A DNA stretch of 64,000 bases. Source: Escherichia phage phiWec188. Made by a program: the position numbers and the translations under genes. Shown piece after piece: positions 9,412 to 18,586 of this stretch. Every line of letters starts with the position of its first letter. Position 1 is the first letter of the stretch. Where the stretch lies: sequence record LC739537.1. One strand, written 5' to 3'. A model generated the notes under the pieces. The model was not told the DNA's origin. It did no database searches and saw nothing but the letters and a program-made list of their open reading frames with translations.

Positions 9412-9688
9412 TGAAGTGAAAAGTTACGAAAGCAACTTCGTAAGCAATTGGGAAGCATGGGATGAGATGGGTGTTGGTGAACTCTATTTCTACAATGTAA
9501 CCCTTCGTCCAGAATATCAACATCTCATTCCAGAAGGCACTGTGCAGATCGGTATGTTCATGTCTTCTCAAGACGGTGTTGTGCAGTTTGAGTTTTACTC
9601 TGACACAGAACAGAACGAATTCACTTATCGTGCATTCAATATCGTATTAGCTTTAGGAGAGGAGAAATTTTATGACGACGAAGTATAA
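9398..9688 (+). CDS. hypothetical protein
   Basis: ORF 9383..9688; ATG 9398 preceded by gaggaggg. Confidence 0.5.
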   Translation: MAEFNEVKSYESNFVSNWEAWDEMGVGELYFYNVTLRPEYQHLIPEGTVQIGMFMSSQDGVVQFEFYSDTEQNEFTYRAFNIVLALGEEKFYDDEV

Positions 9689-9869
9689 AACAGTAGCAGA
9701 AGCACTGAAAGCAGCACACGAAGCCATTGCAGAAGCTGAACAATTGGCTGATGAAACTGGCACAAGTTTTCACTTCTCAGTTGAATATGGGATGGGTGGT
9801 ACTTATGACCCAGAAGATGAGAACGAATACACTGGGACCAACTGGCACCCATCTTCCCTCGGTTGTTAA
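9672..9869 (+). CDS. hypothetical protein
   Basis: 65 aa ORF; ggagagg RBS upstream. Confidence 0.45.
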   Translation: MTTKYKTVAEALKAAHEAIAEAEQLADETGTSFHFSVEYGMGGTYDPEDENEYTGTNWHPSSLGC

Positions 9870-9883
9870 TAAGGAGAAATAAA

Positions 9884-10102
9884 ATGAGTGATCGTAATGC
9901 ACAAGCATTAGCAGACAAAGCAAAAGCTATCATGTCCTTGGTAGATGAACTTACAAAAGAAGCAGAAAAGGAAGGTTTCGGTCTTAGCTTAGAAAACAAT
10001 GCAATCTGTTTTGAAGATTGGCAATCTTCTGCTTGCTACGGCGAAGCTGATGATGGTTTCACCGTTGACTCTGACGGTGTTTGGTACAGCAGTAATTGTT
10101 AA
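9884..10102 (+). CDS. hypothetical protein
   Basis: ORF 9863..10102; ATG 9884 preceded by aaggag. Confidence 0.5.
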   Translation: MSDRNAQALADKAKAIMSLVDELTKEAEKEGFGLSLENNAICFEDWQSSACYGEADDGFTVDSDGVWYSSNC

Positions 10103-10111
10103 GGAGGGATC

Positions 10112-10381
10112 ATGTCAGAAGGTATCGCCTTAATCAAGGCAAAAGTTAAAGAGATGGAAGCATCACAACAGAAGTTCCGCAACGAGATTGAAGAACTTTG
10201 TGAGCAGTTCCAAGAACAAGCGTGGATCGGTGATTACGGGAATGGGGAAACTTATTACCCAACAGGAACAAACGCAGAAGAACATTACCTCACCTATATC
10301 TGCGGAGATTATGATGTTGAGATTGACGAAAACGGTCTGATGACCCAAGGTCTTTGGGTGTCTTCCTCGGAAATGTGCTAA
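10112..10381 (+). CDS. hypothetical protein
   Basis: 89 aa ORF; aaggaggg RBS upstream. Confidence 0.5.
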   Translation: MSEGIALIKAKVKEMEASQQKFRNEIEELCEQFQEQAWIGDYGNGETYYPTGTNAEEHYLTYICGDYDVEIDENGLMTQGLWVSSSEMC

Positions 10382-10388
10382 TAAATAA

Positions 10389-10415
10389 TAACCCGCTTCG
10401 GCGGGTTTTTTATTG
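10389..10415 (+). terminator. intrinsic terminator
   Basis: acccgcTTCGgcgggt hairpin followed by tttttatt. Confidence 0.7.
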
Positions 10416-10423
10416 TGTGAGTG

Positions 10424-10452
10424 TTGACAAGACACGAAGAACCTGGTAGACT
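10424..10452 (+). promoter_or_regulatory. sigma70-like promoter candidate
   Basis: TTGACA, 17-bp spacer, TAGACT; immediately upstream of RBS and ATG 10481. Confidence 0.35.
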
Positions 10453-10480
10453 TGTCTCATCAACTAAGAGAGGAGGATAT

Positions 10481-11425
10481 ATGAAAGTATTAATCGGTAG
10501 TCGTGCGTTGGAAATGATTTGTCGTTCTCGTGGTGTAGAACTGTATCGTGCTTGCGTAGATCTGGATTACCTCTGCACTGAAGAAGAGTGGCAAGCAGAA
10601 GCCCAGAAATTCTCGAAAGATCGTTTCGTGGAAATTGTTGAACGTAAAGGTAACAAAGGGCATATCAAAATGATCGCGGGTGCTCATCTGGAATACGATA
10701 TTGCTCAACCAGGGGATTCTACAGAAGCATTGATCGAATATATTAAAGAGAATGCAGATCATCTGCCACATATTGGTTACGATGTGGTTGCACCTTTGGA
10801 TGTTTTGTATCTCCTGAAAATGAGTCACCGTTTTAAGAAGGACAGTCCTCACTTCCTGAAAACAATGAAGGATATCCACTTCATGCGCAACCTTGGAGCG
10901 AAGATCCCTGAAGAGTTGGAAGATACATACAAACTGCGTCAGAAGGAGTCCTATAATTACGGGCACCCTAATCTGAACGTGAAAAGTAAAGATTTCTTCA
11001 AGGGTGATGAAGTGCCTTATGTGTATGATCACGATACCATCCATGAAGCTGTTGCCGTGTTGGGTGATCCCGCTTATAAATCATACATGAAAGACGATAG
11101 CGAAGTGATGACCAGTAAAGAGAAGTTCTTTGCACAACCTAAACATATCCGTTTGCTGGGTGTTTACGAAGAAGCTTGTGTCCTGGCATTAGAGCGTTCA
11201 CAGATCCCGTTTGGGGAAGATGTAGATGGTCCAACTCCTAAACAAAGTTTTATGATGGCTTTATCCAAAGTTTGTACCTCGATCACCAGTGGATGGTTTC
11301 GTGAATATGCCTGGGAAAACTTCCAAGTTGTGGTAAAACTGTATGAGCAAATGGGCCAAGATGATTACGTGGCACGTTTTAAAGCAAATCTTCACATGGT
11401 GAAACCTTACGAAGGAGGTTATTGA
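10481..11425 (+). CDS. hypothetical protein
   Basis: ORF 10421..11425; ATG 10481 preceded by agaggagg; about 314 aa. Confidence 0.55.
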   Translation: MKVLIGSRALEMICRSRGVELYRACVDLDYLCTEEEWQAEAQKFSKDRFVEIVERKGNKGHIKMIAGAHLEYDIAQPGDSTEALIEYIKENADHLPHIGYDVVAPLDVLYLLKMSHRFKKDSPHFLKTMKDIHFMRNLGAKIPEELEDTYKLRQKESYNYGHPNLNVKSKDFFKGDEVPYVYDHDTIHEAVAVLGDPAYKSYMKDDSEVMTSKEKFFAQPKHIRLLGVYEEACVLALERSQIPFGEDVDGPTPKQSFMMALSKVCTSITSGWFREYAWENFQVVVKLYEQMGQDDYVARFKANLHMVKPYEGGY

Positions 11426-11426
11426 T

Positions 11427-11825
11427 ATGGGTTGGTGTGATCAGTCCCAAAGTTACTTCAAAGTAACACATGTGGATCTCAATAAAGCAAGAGTGAAGTT
11501 GTTGAGTATTGAAAAAGAAACAGCAGCTATTGACAAACGCCTCCGAGAGAGTAAAGTGGTAATCACTTCTTGGTTCGGACTGAAACGTAAAATCCTTACG
11601 CAGCGAGAGCATGTAATTAAAAATATGCATGGTTGGGCTTGGTTCCACGACATGGCAAAACACCTGGGGTACATTTCTACTGAAGAACACGACCTCTTGG
11701 AGCTACGTTATCGCCTTCCAGATGTAGAAGATTTAGACTTGTGGATCAGTTCCGAACAAATCTTCTTAACCGAGGGCGATTGGAAGAAAGTCAATATTTG
11801 TCTTAAATGGAGGGAGAATGAGTAA
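11427..11825 (+). CDS. hypothetical protein
   Basis: 132 aa ORF; gaaggagg RBS upstream. Confidence 0.5.
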   Translation: MGWCDQSQSYFKVTHVDLNKARVKLLSIEKETAAIDKRLRESKVVITSWFGLKRKILTQREHVIKNMHGWAWFHDMAKHLGYISTEEHDLLELRYRLPDVEDLDLWISSEQIFLTEGDWKKVNICLKWRENE

Positions 11826-12501
11826 AGTAGTTTTATCAACATTTGATGGATCTGGGATCATGGTACTTCGTTACGCAGAAGCAGGGCATAAATGCTACTG
11901 TGTAAATGCTGACGAAGGTGATCACGGGGCTTATGAAGTTCGCATGAAACATCCTAACATCACTTACGTGAACGCATGGATTGATTCCAACTTCAACCCT
12001 GAAGATTACGGTATTCCTAAGCCAGATATTATCTTTGGCTTCCCTCCATGTACCATGCTTGCTGGTTGCGGTAGTAAGCACGAACGTAGCGCAGAAGAAT
12101 TGGAAGAAGCTTTGGCTAACATTCGTATCGTGGAAGCTTTAGGAAATAAATACAACGTTCCGTGGATGATTGAGAATCCAGTGGGTAAACTGTCAACATT
12201 GTGGCGTAAACCGGATTTCTATTTCGATCCTTACGAATATGGCGGGTATCTGTTTGATGAAGAAGGCAGCTTCCACCCTAAAATGCCTACCCGCGACGGT
12301 TACACAAAGAAAACCTGTATTTGGCATGGCAATGGTTTTGTTAAGCCTGTGAAGAAGCCTGTGGAACATATTGGTTGCTTCTGGGGCTGGAAAAGTTTAG
12401 GCGGAGCAAGTGCGAAAACAAAACAACTCCGATCGTTAACTGCTCGCGGTTTTGCTCGTGCTGTGTTTTTATCTAACAACCTTTTAGATAAGGAGGAATG
12501 A
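11818..12501 (+). CDS. putative DNA (cytosine-5) methyltransferase-like protein, short
   Basis: Motif I-like FDGSG, motif IV-like GFPPCT (PC dipeptide), motif VI-like ENPVGKL; 227 aa, short for a complete C5-MTase. Confidence 0.4.
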   Translation: MSKVVLSTFDGSGIMVLRYAEAGHKCYCVNADEGDHGAYEVRMKHPNITYVNAWIDSNFNPEDYGIPKPDIIFGFPPCTMLAGCGSKHERSAEELEEALANIRIVEALGNKYNVPWMIENPVGKLSTLWRKPDFYFDPYEYGGYLFDEEGSFHPKMPTRDGYTKKTCIWHGNGFVKPVKKPVEHIGCFWGWKSLGGASAKTKQLRSLTARGFARAVFLSNNLLDKEE

Positions 12502-13166
12502 TGACCCATTTAAAACCTTTTGGTGGAAAACCTATTGTGGCGTATCAAGTAGATCGTGATGATTGGGAAGGCAGTGTAGTTGTCTTTGGTAATCATTTCT
12601 TTGCTGTGCGTCGTAAAGGCGCAAGTATGTTGGATTGTGAGGAGGAGTATTGTCATGTCTCCCGCGCCAAAGAATTCGACCAGTATGCAGAAAAAGGTTT
12701 TGTGCCTGTCAAAGCTTTACTGGAGGCAGGATGGTGGATACACTCTGCTCATGATGGTGTTAGACTTGACGAGTCTGTAGATAATCTTGAGGCAGATTTT
12801 GACGAATGGGAAGATGGCATGTATATTGAGGAGGATCTTGTATTTTCCCTTGACGAGAAAAGTGTGTGGAAGAACTGGGAAGAAATGGAACGTCACGCGC
12901 ATTTTATCAACAACGCTTTGATTCGTAAAGCCTGGTTCACAGAGGCGGTGAAGGTAGCGTATCCGCAATTCACCTTTACGGAGGTTTGGGGCGGTCCACA
13001 CCACATCACCCATACAGCATTTTTCGACTTCCCTGGTTCACGTTACAAAGGTAATGTAATGTGGGACTGGGATGAGAATGAAGTACCATCTGTTCAAGAC
13101 TTTCGTTGTTATGTTTGCCAAGGCGATCAAGAAGCCCTTGACAAATACCTGCAAAGTCTGGTATAG
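12498..13166 (+). CDS. hypothetical protein
   Basis: 222 aa ORF; ATGA overlap with upstream gene. Confidence 0.5.
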   Translation: MMTHLKPFGGKPIVAYQVDRDDWEGSVVVFGNHFFAVRRKGASMLDCEEEYCHVSRAKEFDQYAEKGFVPVKALLEAGWWIHSAHDGVRLDESVDNLEADFDEWEDGMYIEEDLVFSLDEKSVWKNWEEMERHAHFINNALIRKAWFTEAVKVAYPQFTFTEVWGGPHHITHTAFFDFPGSRYKGNVMWDWDENEVPSVQDFRCYVCQGDQEALDKYLQSLV

Positions 13167-13179
13167 TGCAAGCAACTGA

Positions 13180-13212
13180 ACAAAGCCTCCTTTTCAGGGG
13201 GCTTTTCTTTTA
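13180..13212 (+). terminator. intrinsic terminator
   Basis: agcctccTTTTCAgggggctt hairpin followed by ttcttttat. Confidence 0.55.
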
Positions 13213-13224
13213 TGAGGAGGGAAT

Positions 13225-13719
13225 ATGTTTCAAGTAGAAATCCATGTGCACAACAGTTGTTCAAATTGCGAAACTTGTGGTTACAATAGTTCAACCATGA
13301 TCACTATTAGCGGAGACTTAGGACATGCCAAGTTTGGCGAAGTCGCAAGCTGCTTCAGCGGAGAGGATGCAGATTGGCATGATATTGCTTTGTGGCTATG
13401 CGGAAGACTGAATGTAAATTGTAAAGACTTCCCTGAACTGTTGAGCCGAAATCTTGTCGATAGTCGGGAACAAGCCTACAATATTTATGCCGCTTCTGTT
13501 TATGTTGATCATAAATGGGTAGAAGATGAAGAAGCTGAACGTTTGCTACGCCTCTACTATGAAGCAGAGGAAGCTTATGATAACTATTACAGCATGTCCA
13601 ACATCCTGCGTTTGTTTGCAGAGTTTGATATTTACTTTGAAGTGAGTTATTCTGAAGATGAAGTGTATGATTTTGATGACGATGATTACGAGGAGGATGA
13701 AGAATGCCAAGACGATTAA
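13225..13719 (+). CDS. hypothetical protein with Cys-rich N-terminus and acidic C-terminus
   Basis: 164 aa; gaggagg RBS; CSNCETCG motif; C-terminus DFDDDDYEEDEECQDD. Confidence 0.5.
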   Translation: MFQVEIHVHNSCSNCETCGYNSSTMITISGDLGHAKFGEVASCFSGEDADWHDIALWLCGRLNVNCKDFPELLSRNLVDSREQAYNIYAASVYVDHKWVEDEEAERLLRLYYEAEEAYDNYYSMSNILRLFAEFDIYFEVSYSEDEVYDFDDDDYEEDEECQDD

Positions 13720-14507
13720 TAGTGATCAGCGGCGCTGGTCTAAGCGCCGATAGCGGTGTACAAACATTCCGTACAGAAACAGAGAGTGGAAAAGCATTAT
13801 GGGACGAGTACGATTTAGAGGAGGTTTGTAATATTGGGGCATTCCAGGCAGGTTATCGTAGACGTACATGTCCCGATTTACCTGTTATCGGAGGTGAGGA
13901 TGAGGAAGGATACAACCTCTACAACAAGACCCATGATTTCTATAACAAGCGTCGTATAGAGTTGGATAATATAGATCCAAACGCTGCACATCGTCTGATT
14001 GCTCGTTTATACTCAGAGTATGGCGCTGATCGTATTTTAAACATTACCACTAACGTAGACGATCTTTTGGAACGTGCTGGTGTTGTTCACGAAGATGTTC
14101 TGCATGTGCATGGCTACCTACCAGAAATTGTAGTGGATCGGAAGTTTATTAAAGAAATCGGTTATGCAAGTGTGGATGTGGATAAGTACGATTACGTGAA
14201 ACCTAACGTTGTCTTCTTCGGGGAATCTGCTCCGCTGTACACAGAGATGTACCATATGCTCGATAATCTCACATCTCAGGATATGGTGATTGTTGTAGGT
14301 TGCTCTAATCAAGTGATCAACTTCAACTGGGAGTTGTTCCCAGCCCTCAATACAGGAACAAAGATGGTCGTAGTTAATCCTGGGGTTAATTACGAAGAAA
14401 CACTTCTCTATGAAGATCGTGGAGTTTTTGTTTACCGAGAAAAAGCTGCAACAGCCTTCAGTAATGAAGGTTTCATTAAAATGATCGAAGACCACTTAAA
14501 CAAATAA
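13704..14507 (+). CDS. Sir2-family NAD-dependent protein deacylase/ADP-ribosyltransferase homolog
   Basis: Sirtuin motifs GAGLSADSGVQTFR, catalytic HG (VLHVHGY), VVFFGE; 267 aa. Confidence 0.8.
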   Translation: MPRRLIVISGAGLSADSGVQTFRTETESGKALWDEYDLEEVCNIGAFQAGYRRRTCPDLPVIGGEDEEGYNLYNKTHDFYNKRRIELDNIDPNAAHRLIARLYSEYGADRILNITTNVDDLLERAGVVHEDVLHVHGYLPEIVVDRKFIKEIGYASVDVDKYDYVKPNVVFFGESAPLYTEMYHMLDNLTSQDMVIVVGCSNQVINFNWELFPALNTGTKMVVVNPGVNYEETLLYEDRGVFVYREKAATAFSNEGFIKMIEDHLNK

Positions 14508-14512
14508 ACCAA

Positions 14513-14540
14513 CCAAGGGGCTACGGCCCCTTTCTTATTA
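14513..14540 (+). terminator. intrinsic terminator
   Basis: aaggggcTACggcccctt hairpin followed by tcttatt. Confidence 0.65.
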
Positions 14541-14550
14541 GGAGATTACT

Positions 14551-14823
14551 ATGCAACAAGAAACTTTCGATTTTTATCTCGCCAATTATGTCTACTACTT
14601 CTCTAATGGTACACAGAAAGGGGAAGGCAATCTTTACTTGGCTACCAACACTGGAGCAGGTGTTCGTAAAGCCAATATTGATTTAGCAAGAGAAACAGTT
14701 CGTTCTGGACTGGAAGAGACGCTTGAAACTCCAGTTGTTGTGGTTATACAAACTATCAGTTACCTTGCAACCTGTACTAAAGAGGATTTTGAGGCTCCTC
14801 AAACGCAATCTAACGAAGCATAA
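14551..14823 (+). CDS. hypothetical protein
   Basis: 90 aa ORF; aggag RBS upstream. Confidence 0.5.
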   Translation: MQQETFDFYLANYVYYFSNGTQKGEGNLYLATNTGAGVRKANIDLARETVRSGLEETLETPVVVVIQTISYLATCTKEDFEAPQTQSNEA

Positions 14824-14858
14824 AAGAAAGGCACCCACTTGGGTGCCTTTTCTATTTG
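14824..14858. terminator. bidirectional intrinsic terminator at convergent strand switch
   Basis: aaaggcacccACTTgggtgcctttt: hairpin with A-run on one side and T-run on the other; plus genes end and minus genes begin here. Confidence 0.7.
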
Positions 14859-14892
14859 AGAGCGTCTCTGTGCGATTTAAGGGGGTTCTCGG

Positions 14893-15123
14893 CTATTTGT
14901 GAAGTGCTCTCTCGTACAACTCGATAATCAACTCGTCTTCGGCAGTAATACGGGCCATTTGATCTGTCTTCAGGATTGCTGGTTGGTAATGATGCATTTC
15001 ACTGCTCAAGATACACTCCCACTCATCTTCCCCTACTCTCTCACCTACGTGAATCTTCACAGGATACCAGAAAGGATTGTCCACCAGGAATGCCATACAA
15101 CCTTCTTCGATTTTGCTCAACAT
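14893..15123 (-). CDS. hypothetical protein
   Basis: 76 aa ORF; gaggag-type RBS on minus strand. Confidence 0.5.
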   Translation of the reverse strand: MLSKIEEGCMAFLVDNPFWYPVKIHVGERVGEDEWECILSSEMHHYQPAILKTDQMARITAEDELIIELYERALHK

Positions 15124-15144
15124 AGTAATCTCCTTTGTTCAGAT

Positions 15145-15170
15145 ATGAAAAAACCCGCCGAAGCGGGTTC
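15145..15170 (-). terminator. intrinsic terminator (minus strand)
   Basis: Minus strand reads aacccgcTTCGgcgggtttttt. Confidence 0.65.
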
Positions 15171-15213
15171 ATGTGCTGCGGTAGGATCAGTATCCTACAA
15201 CAAGAATTGTTTG

Positions 15214-15498
15214 TCAACGTTTAGAGTAGAAAAACTCCTCGTATTCTGATCGTGTGACTATTGCTGGGCGACCTTTAGTGCCGAAGAAGTTTGCGCTTGG
15301 GCCTTGTGCCATACCTTTATTGAACAAGCAGTAATCCCCACGCATATAAATCCCAGAGAATGTTTCAACAACATCGTATTTGCCAACGCTGGAGAACTTA
15401 ATTTCTCCATCTGCATCTCGAACTGCGATCACAGCTTGTTCAGGCCATTCTTCGTTGAGAGCTTTAAGACCGTTGTAAACTTCTTGTACGAGTTCCAT
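15214..15498 (-). CDS. hypothetical protein
   Basis: 94 aa ORF; aggaggt RBS. Confidence 0.5.
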   Translation of the reverse strand: MELVQEVYNGLKALNEEWPEQAVIAVRDADGEIKFSSVGKYDVVETFSGIYMRGDYCLFNKGMAQGPSANFFGTKGRPAIVTRSEYEEFFYSKR

Positions 15499-15507
15499 AT
15501 TACCTCC

Positions 15508-15681
15508 TTAAAGTACGATTTTTTCTTCGTCTGGTTTGTCATAATTTGGAGAGTAGACATGTGAAGGGTTGAAACCCTTGAAGCTACCACGTCCTTTACG
15601 AGGACAGTTGAAAGTACGAGCCTGATGATCACCGAAAGACTTACCACAATGCACACATTTGAAGTTGGTAACTTTATTCAT
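15508..15681 (-). CDS. zinc-ribbon protein (CxxC...C)
   Basis: ORF 15508..15711; ATG 15681 preceded by aaaggag; KCVHCGK ... FNCPRKG. Confidence 0.5.
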   Translation of the reverse strand: MNKVTNFKCVHCGKSFGDHQARTFNCPRKGRGSFKGFNPSHVYSPNYDKPDEEKIVL

Positions 15682-15854
15682 GTTCTTCTCCTTTAGGTTA
15701 ATAGGCTGCACCTATTAAGATGCAGCTTTTGATAGATTATTTAGATGAGTCCAGAATATCTTTTACTTTGGCGATGATAACATCTTGATACTTATGGATG
15801 TGATATCCTACTACTAAACCTACGATAAATGCAATCATTATTTTCTCCTATTAT

Positions 15855-16436
15855 TTAAAATGAAGCTTGCACTGGCATATCGAACCAGTAGAAAGATTGC
15901 GCCTGTTGCGGCGTAACTTTGCTATTGGTTGCTACAGCCAACACTCCAACATTGATACCTATCTGATCGTCGTCGATCTTATAATCTGAAGACCAGAGCT
16001 TAAGAGTCAACGGTGTTTTTCCAACGAGAAGATCAAGTCCTGCGTTTCCCCAGAGATTCACTTCAATCGCCTCGTCTTGAGATACATCTTGCTCTACTTC
16101 CTGTAGTTTGTCAAACACTTTCTGCACATCTTTTGGGTTAAGACGGATACTGTGCAGATAGTCAAACATGTTCACAAAATCTTGTGCTCGTTTTGTGTTT
16201 TTAGATACAGGATGAAGACAGTGTGGCACTAACGGCGACACACGAATATATCCGCCCTCATCATACCAACGCACAATAAACACATCTCGACTTGGTTGAC
16301 GGTCTTTTGCTAAGATCGTAACTTCTTGACCCTCTTCAATGGATGGGTAGTCTGGATCATACGCTGATGCACCATAGACCAAAGCTATGTGTCCAACATC
16401 CAAAGGTGTTTTTCCGTCCCAATAAGTTGTTTCCAT
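15855..16436 (-). CDS. hypothetical protein
   Basis: 193 aa ORF; ggaggg RBS. Confidence 0.55.
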   Translation of the reverse strand: METTYWDGKTPLDVGHIALVYGASAYDPDYPSIEEGQEVTILAKDRQPSRDVFIVRWYDEGGYIRVSPLVPHCLHPVSKNTKRAQDFVNMFDYLHSIRLNPKDVQKVFDKLQEVEQDVSQDEAIEVNLWGNAGLDLLVGKTPLTLKLWSSDYKIDDDQIGINVGVLAVATNSKVTPQQAQSFYWFDMPVQASF

Positions 16437-16444
16437 TTTCCCTC

Positions 16445-16708
16445 CTAAATAAGATCTGTGAAGTAGTGAATAACTTCAATATTATGGAAAAGCGTTTTAC
16501 GCTCTTTTGTGTATTCTGTTGTCGTGACAGTCACCTTAGCCACCCCAAAATCTTTCATAGGGAACGTGGGTGCCTCTTTCAGAATATTCTGTACTGTTTG
16601 AATGGCTTCAAATTCTGTCTCCCAATAACTGAAGTAACCTTCGTCGTCCGTGACGAGATTCCTGCCTTCCAAGTTCACGAAACAATAAAACTCTCGCGGT
16701 GTTGTCAT
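16445..16708 (-). CDS. hypothetical protein
   Basis: 87 aa ORF; ATGA overlap with upstream small gene. Confidence 0.5.
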   Translation of the reverse strand: MTTPREFYCFVNLEGRNLVTDDEGYFSYWETEFEAIQTVQNILKEAPTFPMKDFGVAKVTVTTTEYTKERKTLFHNIEVIHYFTDLI

Positions 16709-16863
16709 TCCACCTTCTCCAGAGCTTTCTTGAAGAATGTGGCATGTAATAGATGACCCTCTGCATCAAACCATGTCACTTTACAGGAGTCCCCGTAGTC
16801 CTCTGTGACGGTCATGATAACGGCTTCCCCACGTAAGGTTACAACATCACCTACTGTAATCAT
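16705..16863 (-). CDS. DUF2158-like small protein (52 aa, not in ORF track)
   Basis: MITVGDVVTLRGEAVIMTV...CKVTWFDAEGHL matches the DUF2158/YodC pattern; aggagg RBS; fills gap between 16708 and 16860. Confidence 0.45.
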   Translation of the reverse strand: MITVGDVVTLRGEAVIMTVTEDYGDSCKVTWFDAEGHLLHATFFKKALEKVE

Positions 16864-17306
16864 AAATCCTCCGGTGTGCCAGCACGTAAAGCAGCTAAAG
16901 GTTCAGCCACAGCTTCCAGGGCAGCTTCAATCTGATCTTCAATCACATCACGAACCATTGCAATACGCTCATCGATATGCACAACGAAAGCATCGTTATA
17001 AGCACCAACTAACGTATTGTAAAATGTTTCTTGTGCGCTTAACGCGCCACTAAGAATGAAATTACGTTGATCTTCAGGTAGTTGTTGGTGCTCTTCATAT
17101 TTGGCAAACGTTTCACGGTTGATTTCCAACAGAGTCCCCATCATAAGGTCAAACTGCAACTCTTTGTCTGAGGGATTTCCCATTACAATGGTATTGTAAA
17201 TGTTCAGCAAGCTGGTGCTAACACGAGCATTGTTTTCTACACCTTCCATCTGACGGAAAATAGTTAACACATCAATAGTTTCTTCAATCTTTTCGTTTTG
17301 GTTCAT
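16860..17306 (-). CDS. hypothetical protein
   Basis: 148 aa ORF; gagga RBS. Confidence 0.55.
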   Translation of the reverse strand: MNQNEKIEETIDVLTIFRQMEGVENNARVSTSLLNIYNTIVMGNPSDKELQFDLMMGTLLEINRETFAKYEEHQQLPEDQRNFILSGALSAQETFYNTLVGAYNDAFVVHIDERIAMVRDVIEDQIEAALEAVAEPLAALRAGTPEDL

Positions 17307-17484
17307 ATACGTTCTCCTCTATCATTGGAAGATATCCTGTAGTTTTACAGGGATTGCACTCATAAAGCTGGCCTACATCAACCATAACGTAGCCTAAACC
17401 TCCACAATATGGACACTCCATAGGGGTACAAGGCACAGGTGTTGTTGTGGTTACATCTGCAACACAGGCAATTCTCATTCCCAT
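17284..17484 (-). CDS. small Cys-rich protein (CPYCGG...CNPC)
   Basis: 66 aa ORF with two CxxC pairs. Confidence 0.45.
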   Translation of the reverse strand: MGMRIACVADVTTTTPVPCTPMECPYCGGLGYVMVDVGQLYECNPCKTTGYLPMIEENVYEPKRKD

Positions 17485-17726
17485 TCTCCTATAAGCTGGG
17501 GATTCAAGGCGAATTGTGACATACGTTCAGTGGGAGAGTATAAGTACGGAGGTGTAATTTGCTCCAACACCTTAGCTGCACGTACCTCATCTTCCACTCC
17601 AATATGAAGCCCACGCTCCATAGTTAATACACCATGATCGTTAAGAAGGAATAGAGATTCTACCCCATCCACCTTATCAATTGCAACATAAAGTTTAGTC
17701 ATATTGTCTCCGTTACCATTCGGCAA
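17475..17726 (-). CDS. hypothetical protein
   Basis: 83 aa ORF. Confidence 0.45.
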   Translation of the reverse strand: MPNGNGDNMTKLYVAIDKVDGVESLFLLNDHGVLTMERGLHIGVEDEVRAAKVLEQITPPYLYSPTERMSQFALNPQLIGEWE

Positions 17727-18018
17727 TCAGTTGAGGTTTGACAGCAAAAGCTTGAAAGGTAGTAATATCGTAAAGAAAAACATTATCCAATTCCTTAAGT
17801 TTAGCCGTCATGCCAGCTTTAGTTTCTCCGTCCCACGGGAAGATAGCAACACCATGTTCCCCGACCAACCACCAGTGATAATTGCCGTCACGAAGATCTT
17901 TTGCTTTATAAAGATAATTAGTAATCATTGCCACATTTCTCCCATCTTTGCATCGCCTGTAACCAGCCCTCGGCTCTTTCCCTGGTTTCGAAGTAGACAG
18001 GAATACCCGTCCCTGCAA
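17713..18018 (-). CDS. hypothetical protein
   Basis: 101 aa ORF. Confidence 0.45.
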   Translation of the reverse strand: MQGRVFLSTSKPGKEPRAGYRRCKDGRNVAMITNYLYKAKDLRDGNYHWWLVGEHGVAIFPWDGETKAGMTAKLKELDNVFLYDITTFQAFAVKPQLIAEW

Positions 18019-18119
18019 ATGTGACCCACCAAGTGAAGATCCACCAACCTGTTTTTATGCGATATCCTGTTTCATATTCGACCACTTTCATGAGTCACCT
18101 TTAAAATCGTCTCACTATA

Positions 18120-18362
18120 TCATTTACTATGTGCGTCTGTCAAGTTTTTCTTAGGGAAGAAGAGATCGCAATGATGGATGTAGAAGAGTTCCACCAAAGC
18201 TGCCTCCCTGTACGACAAACACTGCTCATACAATTGTTGTTCTTTATCTGCCGTCATGTTGTTAAGTCTTATCGCTCCGAAGAACACCAAGAGGAAAATA
18301 CAGAATGCAACTATGACTGCTTGTAACCATTCTTTCACGATGTAACTCCAAAGTTTAGACAT
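18120..18362 (-). CDS. small membrane protein
   Basis: 80 aa ORF with hydrophobic segment AVIVAFCIFLLVFFGAI; aggag RBS. Confidence 0.45.
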   Translation of the reverse strand: MSKLWSYIVKEWLQAVIVAFCIFLLVFFGAIRLNNMTADKEQQLYEQCLSYREAALVELFYIHHCDLFFPKKNLTDAHSK

Positions 18363-18421
18363 GCCTTCTCCTGTTATTTTACATTAAAGCCTGGGTAACA
18401 ACCATCAGACAAATCTTAGTA

Positions 18422-18586
18422 TCATCTTATGGCTACAAGATAGAAACATAGAACACACCCAACCACACTTACTAAGAAACTAACATAAACAACAAGCTTG
18501 TTATCGTCCACAATAGCCACAGCTAATGCGGCAGATGTTACCACGAAAAGAACCATCAGCAGAATATCCCTGTTTACTACATCCAT
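18422..18586 (-). CDS. small membrane protein (54 aa, not in ORF track)
   Basis: ATG 18586 preceded by aagaggagg; mostly hydrophobic sequence. Confidence 0.4.
   Translation of the reverse strand: MDVVNRDILLMVLFVVTSAALAVAIVDDNKLVVYVSFLVSVVGCVLCFYLVAIR

Noticed and set aside
10490-11044. 184-aa minus-strand ORF antisense to the 10481-11425 gene
   Set aside because: Fully overlapped by a plus-strand gene with RBS and operon context; low-complexity translation.
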